A stretch of DNA of 32,000 nt from assembly GCA_046497275.1 (NCBI GenBank), contig JAWOFX010000088.1, positions 100,236-132,235 of the forward strand, given 5' to 3'. This document shows positions 27,310 through 32,000 of the stretch, in pieces. The DNA comes from Promethearchaeia archaeon. GTDB taxonomy: Archaea; Asgardarchaeota; Lokiarchaeia; Sigyniarchaeales; SOKP01. Made by a program: the position numbers and the translations under genes. Numbering within the stretch: the first letter of the stretch is position 1; every line of letters starts with the position of its first letter. Under the pieces are notes generated by a model. It worked only from the letters and a program-made list of their open reading frames with translations. It was not told the origin of the DNA and searched no databases.

Positions 27310-28455
27310 ATGAACGATTCAAATAAATTTAAATTAGGCTTAATTGTTAATCCAATAGCAGGTATGGGTGGTTCCGTAGGACTTAAGGGAACAGATGGAA
27401 GGGAGATATTGGAAAAAGCAATTTCTCTTGGAGCTCAACCGAATGCTTTAAATAGAACTAAAGAATTATTAGAGCAGCTAAAGTCCGTAAGATCTAAATT
27501 ACATTTCATAACGTGTCCAAAATATATGGGAGAATTTGCTTTAAAGGAATATGGCTTTAAATATAGAGTGCTTGAAGATCCGATCTTTGAGAATTACGGA
27601 GATATATATGATACAACACAAAAACATACAAAGAAAGCTGCTGAAATCTTAAAAAATATTGAGGATATTAAATTAATTATATTTGTGGGAGGAGATGGCA
27701 CTGCTCGCGGTATACAGAACGTTGTTGGTACCACCATACCAAGCGTGGGAGTACCTGCTGGGGTGAAAATTTATTCAAGCGTATTTGCTATGAATCCACG
27801 TGTCGCCTCTAATTTAATACTTCGTTTTTTATGGGATGAAATTCCTCTTAAACAAGCAGAAGTATTAGATATTGATGAGGAGAAGTTTCGAGATGGAAAA
27901 TTAGTATCCCAACTTCATGGATATCTCTTAGTTCCCTATGCCCCCGATTTTTCACAGTGCTCAAAAATGGGGAGTCCAGACTCAGATTTAGACAATCAAG
28001 AGAGAATCGCGAAAAGAATCGTTGAAAATCTCGAAGAAGATATGAATTATCTTATCGGGCCTGGAACTACTACAAAAGCTATCACTGATATCTTAAACCA
28101 AGAGAAAACGATACTTGGGGTGGATTTACTGAGAAATAAAGAAATTATTGCAAAGGATTTAAACGAGGAAGAAATACTCAATATAATTGACGATGATGAG
28201 ACAAAAATAATTATTTCACCAATCGGAAGGCAAGGCTTTATACTAGGGAGAGGTAATTTACAATTTTCTCCCGCTGTGATTAAGAAAGTGGGCATTCAAA
28301 ATATCATCATTATTTCAACCAAATATAAACTACATACCATTACAAACCAGATTCTAAGAACTGATATCAGAGATTTAGAATTAGATGACAAAATAAGAGG
28401 ATTATATAAAGTAATTATTGATTACGATGAGATTCGAATATGTGAGGTTAAATGA
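27310..28455 (+). CDS. ATP-NAD kinase-like / AcoX-related protein (COG3199-like)
   Basis: GLIVNPIAGMGGSVGLKGTDG, FVGGDGTARGI, GVPAGVKIYSSVFA, LIGPGTTT, GRQGFILGRGNLQFSP. Confidence 0.85.
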   Translation: MNDSNKFKLGLIVNPIAGMGGSVGLKGTDGREILEKAISLGAQPNALNRTKELLEQLKSVRSKLHFITCPKYMGEFALKEYGFKYRVLEDPIFENYGDIYDTTQKHTKKAAEILKNIEDIKLIIFVGGDGTARGIQNVVGTTIPSVGVPAGVKIYSSVFAMNPRVASNLILRFLWDEIPLKQAEVLDIDEEKFRDGKLVSQLHGYLLVPYAPDFSQCSKMGSPDSDLDNQERIAKRIVENLEEDMNYLIGPGTTTKAITDILNQEKTILGVDLLRNKEIIAKDLNEEEILNIIDDDETKIIISPIGRQGFILGRGNLQFSPAVIKKVGIQNIIIISTKYKLHTITNQILRTDIRDLELDDKIRGLYKVIIDYDEIRICEVK

Positions 28456-28493
28456 GAGAAAATCTTCGTTTTGAAAATACTTTGATTGATCGG

Positions 28494-29045
28494 TTAATAT
28501 TGATTAATTAAATTCTGCAAGAACTGCCGAAGGGCTTGAGTTTTCGTACCAAGCATCAGTTGGAGTATGACAAACGACACTAATATTAGTATAAAACCAA
28601 TAGCTAATATTTTAATCGCTGTGTTTCTATCATACACATATTTTGATGCCTGATATAGAAATAAATATCCTATACTTGAAAGAAAAATAACGACGCTCGC
28701 AATTATCCCCTCGATGATAAATTGATCATTAACACTGGGATACAAAAATATGGGGTTTCCTTCTTGGGTTGCTCCAACTGCAGGTGGGTTTCTATAAATG
28801 ATATATAAAACCCCTGTTTGTAATACGAATAGGACAATATAAATAAGAATTAACCCTAAGTTTTTGGAGGGACTGGGAAGATCTAAACCTCGGCGTGAAG
28901 AGAATCTGGGAAAGTTTATTTTCGGTTTTCGAAATGCATCTCCAAAAATCCAAGGAGTATTCCCTCTTAATTTCTCTAAAACAGTTTCTGAACCACTAAC
29001 TTCTGCTTTACTTTTACTTTTATTCTTTTGTGATTCTGTGCTCAT
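28494..29045 (-). CDS. OSTC/DC2 (OST3/OST6-family TM region)-like oligosaccharyltransferase subunit
   Basis: Three TM helices; GVLYIIYRNPPAVG...IFLYPSVNDQFIIEGIIAS resembles OSTC GIIYDVIVEPPSVG...FLAYRVNGQYIMEGLASS (recalled from memory). Confidence 0.7.
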   Translation of the reverse strand: MSTESQKNKSKSKAEVSGSETVLEKLRGNTPWIFGDAFRKPKINFPRFSSRRGLDLPSPSKNLGLILIYIVLFVLQTGVLYIIYRNPPAVGATQEGNPIFLYPSVNDQFIIEGIIASVVIFLSSIGYLFLYQASKYVYDRNTAIKILAIGFILILVSFVILQLMLGTKTQALRQFLQNLINQY

Positions 29046-29123
29046 GGGGATAAAAATAACTTATTATTGCATTTTATAATTCAAATAAAATTAAAAATTA
29101 TTCCATTTAGATTCTCTTTATTT

Positions 29124-30626
29124 TCAATTATTATTAATATTTTTTAATAATTGAATAAGAAGTGTCCAGATTTTTTCGATGCTCTTAATTCTTAACATCT
29201 CATCAGGAGAATGGGGGTGAATAATTGTAGGTCCTAAAGATATCATCTCCATATTTGGCACTTTTTCTTTTAAAATTCCTGTTTCTAACCCCGCATGAAT
29301 TGTTTGTATATGAGGTGTTTGACTAAAGGCGGTTGAATAACTTTCCTTAGCGATTTTTAGCAGTTCAGATTCGAAATTTGGAATCCATCCGGGATAGTCT
29401 CCAACCTTTTCAATTTCAATATCTAGGTCTGACAATCTAAATAGAGCTTCCACTTTTTCTTGAATAATTTTTCTAGAAATTTCATGGAGACTTCTTTGAC
29501 TTGTTACGATTGTTAATATATCTGAATCTATACTAATCGAAGCTAAATTCGTGGATGTGTATACGAGATCTCTATTTTTCGGATGATAGGAAACAGGACC
29601 GTTCGGCATAACATATAATATATGTAATAAATCATCTGTAATAATTTTTGAATAGACTTTTATATCCGTTTCTGTTTCGACCTTATTAAATTTAATCATC
29701 ATATCTGGTTCAATCTCAGAAATACCAAATTCAATCTCAGATTTAATCTGTTCTAATAAATCAAGGATATTCGTTAAATCCTCCTCTGCGACATAGAATG
29801 TTGCTTCTGCCTCACGAGGTATCGCATTTGGCAAATTTCCTCCTTTCAGAGAATAAATATAAATCTGATATTGGTAATTAATTTTCCATAGTATTTTCGA
29901 AATCATTTTAATTGAATTTGCCCTGCCTTTATGAATATCTGTACCAGAGTGTCCTCCTTTTAGTCCTTGTATTGATAAATGGATAGGTACCATTTTATGG
30001 GAGATTTTATTAATATAAATATAATTTAAAGGTATTTTCCCATGTGTTCTTGTACCTCCTGCACATCCAATAGTAAAAGTATCATCCTCTTCCGAATCAA
30101 GATTAATAAGATAATCACCTTCAAGAAAATCAGACTCTATTTTGAACGCTCCTGTCAGCCCCCTTTCCTCTTCAACTGTAAAGAGGAATTTTACAATAGG
30201 AAAATCAGAATTTGATTGTTGTTTACTTATAGTGCTTAAAAGTGCTAAGGAATAAGCAATTCCCACACCATTATCTGCTCCTAAAGTGGTTCCTTTAGCG
30301 GTAAGCCATTTCTCATCCTCCTTTTCTATAGTTTCTACATTTATCGGATCTTTTGAAAAATCATGAGTAATTTCCTTATTTTTTTCACAAACCATATCCA
30401 TATGAGATTGAAAAATAACTATTTTACTATTATTTTTCCTTTCTGAAACGGGGAATGCTAAAAGATTCCCAACATTATCTATTTTAGTATTGTATCCCAA
30501 GGATTCACATTCATTCTTTATAAAAGTTCGAATATGTTCTTCATTTTTAGTACATCTTGGAATTTTTAAAATCGCTTCAAGATACTCCCAGAAATCATTC
30601 GGTTTTGAAAGGTTTTTTAAATTCAT
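29124..30626 (-). CDS. pepD: Aminoacyl-histidine dipeptidase (M20C family)
   Basis: FQSHMDMVCEKN, TTLGADNGVG, TVEEERGLTGA, INLDSEE, GLKGGHSG, IHAGLETG, HSPDE. Confidence 0.93.
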   Translation of the reverse strand: MNLKNLSKPNDFWEYLEAILKIPRCTKNEEHIRTFIKNECESLGYNTKIDNVGNLLAFPVSERKNNSKIVIFQSHMDMVCEKNKEITHDFSKDPINVETIEKEDEKWLTAKGTTLGADNGVGIAYSLALLSTISKQQSNSDFPIVKFLFTVEEERGLTGAFKIESDFLEGDYLINLDSEEDDTFTIGCAGGTRTHGKIPLNYIYINKISHKMVPIHLSIQGLKGGHSGTDIHKGRANSIKMISKILWKINYQYQIYIYSLKGGNLPNAIPREAEATFYVAEEDLTNILDLLEQIKSEIEFGISEIEPDMMIKFNKVETETDIKVYSKIITDDLLHILYVMPNGPVSYHPKNRDLVYTSTNLASISIDSDILTIVTSQRSLHEISRKIIQEKVEALFRLSDLDIEIEKVGDYPGWIPNFESELLKIAKESYSTAFSQTPHIQTIHAGLETGILKEKVPNMEMISLGPTIIHPHSPDEMLRIKSIEKIWTLLIQLLKNINNN

Positions 30627-30746
30627 TATTTATCTTTTCTTCTCTATAAATATTTATAGTCATACTTTTTTTATTATTAATAAGATAACGCTAAATTCTA
30701 TTTAATTTTAATCTGAATTATGGTTTAGGGGTTTGATTAAGTAAAA

Positions 30747-31901
30747 ATGGGAGACTGGAAAGATTTATACAGCGAAGTACGAAAACGTAAAATGGAAGCA
30801 CTTAATAAAAAGGATGTGGTAGAAGCAGTAGAGAAACATGGAAAGATTTTGGCAATCGAGGGGGAATATGAAAAACCAGACAAAATAATAGAGCATATTT
30901 ACGCAGCAGAAAAACAGTTTGTAAAAAAGAAAAATATAAATAAAGAAATTAGGAAGCTTGACTTTGATAGATTTGATGTAGTGCTTATTGGCTGCTCTGG
31001 TAGATCGATCCCCGCAGCAGCATACCCTAAAATCAAAGAATATGTGGTAAATGGAGGTTGGCTTCTCACTACCGATTGGGCTATTGAGAGTATAGTGGAA
31101 GCAATCTTTCCAGGATATATTCGATGGAATAGGGAAAAAACCGCTGATGCTGTGGTTTCTTGTCAGATTGTGGAGCCTGATCACCCATTTCTACATGGGC
31201 TAGTTGGAGAATTAGAGCAAAGCAAATGGGCTTCAAAAAATACCAAAAAAGACGAATTTAAATGGTGGTTGGAAGTGAAAAGCTTTCCCATCCAAATAAT
31301 TAATTACGATCAGGTTAAGGTCTTACTTAATTCTTGGGAAATTAAAAAAGAGTGGGGAGAAGGTCCTGTCCTGGTCTATTTTAATTACGGAAAAAATGGA
31401 GGAAGGGTAATACATATGATCTCGCATACTCATCTCCAAAAAGGAGGCAAAAAGGGAAAATATGCTTCCGCACTGATATTAACTAATATCTTAGATGAAA
31501 AAGTCTCGCAAAAAATGGGAATGAAAAAGAGTTCTGGATATACCGATACTTGGCATTACACTCAGCAAGGTGCTCCCCAATATAATACAAATAGTCCTCC
31601 TTTAGAAGAACAATGGGTAAATCCAGATCCTCAAGAAAATTATGTCACTCCTTCCAATGTTCAAGGGGCTCTAGATAATGGAATGGGACTTACGACTACC
31701 TCTCAAATAGTAGAAGTTGATCCCAAGAATCCAAGTTTTTCTTATGGGAGTAAATGTGTAGTATGCGGGTATGATTTTGGAGAGTACACAGAAAAGATTT
31801 ATAAATGTAAGGAATGCGGGGCTCCTTATCATCAAAATTGCCTTAATAGGCAGATCAATGAAGGCGTATGTAAAAAATGCGGGCGAATTCTACTCTGGTA
31901 A
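30747..31901 (+). CDS. Class I GATase-like (flavodoxin-fold) domain fused via a Q/N/P-rich linker to a C4HC3 RING/PHD-like zinc finger
   Basis: DVVLIGCSG...YVVNGGWLLTTDWA N-terminal domain; C-terminal C-x2-C-x13-C-x2-C-x4-H-x2-C-x9-C-x2-C containing CKECGAPYHQNC. Confidence 0.6.
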   Translation: MGDWKDLYSEVRKRKMEALNKKDVVEAVEKHGKILAIEGEYEKPDKIIEHIYAAEKQFVKKKNINKEIRKLDFDRFDVVLIGCSGRSIPAAAYPKIKEYVVNGGWLLTTDWAIESIVEAIFPGYIRWNREKTADAVVSCQIVEPDHPFLHGLVGELEQSKWASKNTKKDEFKWWLEVKSFPIQIINYDQVKVLLNSWEIKKEWGEGPVLVYFNYGKNGGRVIHMISHTHLQKGGKKGKYASALILTNILDEKVSQKMGMKKSSGYTDTWHYTQQGAPQYNTNSPPLEEQWVNPDPQENYVTPSNVQGALDNGMGLTTTSQIVEVDPKNPSFSYGSKCVVCGYDFGEYTEKIYKCKECGAPYHQNCLNRQINEGVCKKCGRILLW

Positions 31902-31946
31902 TTCATTTAATTTAAAAAATTGAAATAAGAGTAAAGCGAAAAAGAA

Positions 31947-32000
31947 ATGACAAATCTGCAGACCATGATCCATAATATAGAAAAAAGGGATGGATGCAGG
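31947..32000 (+). CDS. Start of a possible ATP-cone-containing protein (truncated by the window)
   Basis: MTNLQTMIHNIEKRDGCR; IxKRDG is the typical ATP-cone N-terminus, but only 18 codons are visible. Confidence 0.35.
   Translation, partial: MTNLQTMIHNIEKRDGCR

Noticed and set aside
16430-31184. Remaining short track ORFs (16430, 18241, 18514, 18758, 19800, 24141, 26183, 28047, 28864, 30490, 30765)
   Set aside because: Shadow ORFs overlapping confident genes; their translations show the F/S/I bias typical of antisense reading.
1-32000. CRISPR arrays, IS elements, rRNA, prophage genes
   Set aside because: No regularly spaced repeats, transposase or integrase motifs, or long GC-rich structured RNA were seen.

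Overview
AT-rich, gene-dense archaeal chromosomal window, most likely from an Asgard archaeon (Lokiarchaeia/Promethearchaeota-like). That assignment is inferred from recognised proteins: a Roadblock/LC7 protein, a ribophorin I-like protein, an OSTC/DC2 (OST3/OST6-family)-like protein, Sec61beta, an RPC34/TFE-beta homolog, archaeal MetAP2, Trm1, MptE and an intron-containing tRNA-Gln. It looks like core genome: I saw no transposase, integrase, CRISPR array or rRNA. The main theme is membrane protein biogenesis and glycosylation. Sec61beta, ribophorin I and a tightly spaced six-gene run (DUF354-like GT-B protein, GPT/AglH-like transferase, M48 protease, UbiA-family polyprenyl-phosphate phosphoribosyltransferase, PHP hydrolase, DUF362 protein) lie within about 11.5 kb. 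The best candidate for an undescribed system is the UbiA-PHP-DUF362 trio, a possible route to a lipid-linked pentose donor without the HAD phosphatase, DprE1 and DprE2 genes that usually accompany this UbiA subfamily. I also found features missing from the ORF track: a >622-codon ORF running off the left edge, the tRNA, a probable CUG-initiated N-terminal extension of the M48 protease, a 42-aa small ORF and a possible ATP-cone gene start at the right edge. All family calls come from motif recognition by eye; no database search was run.
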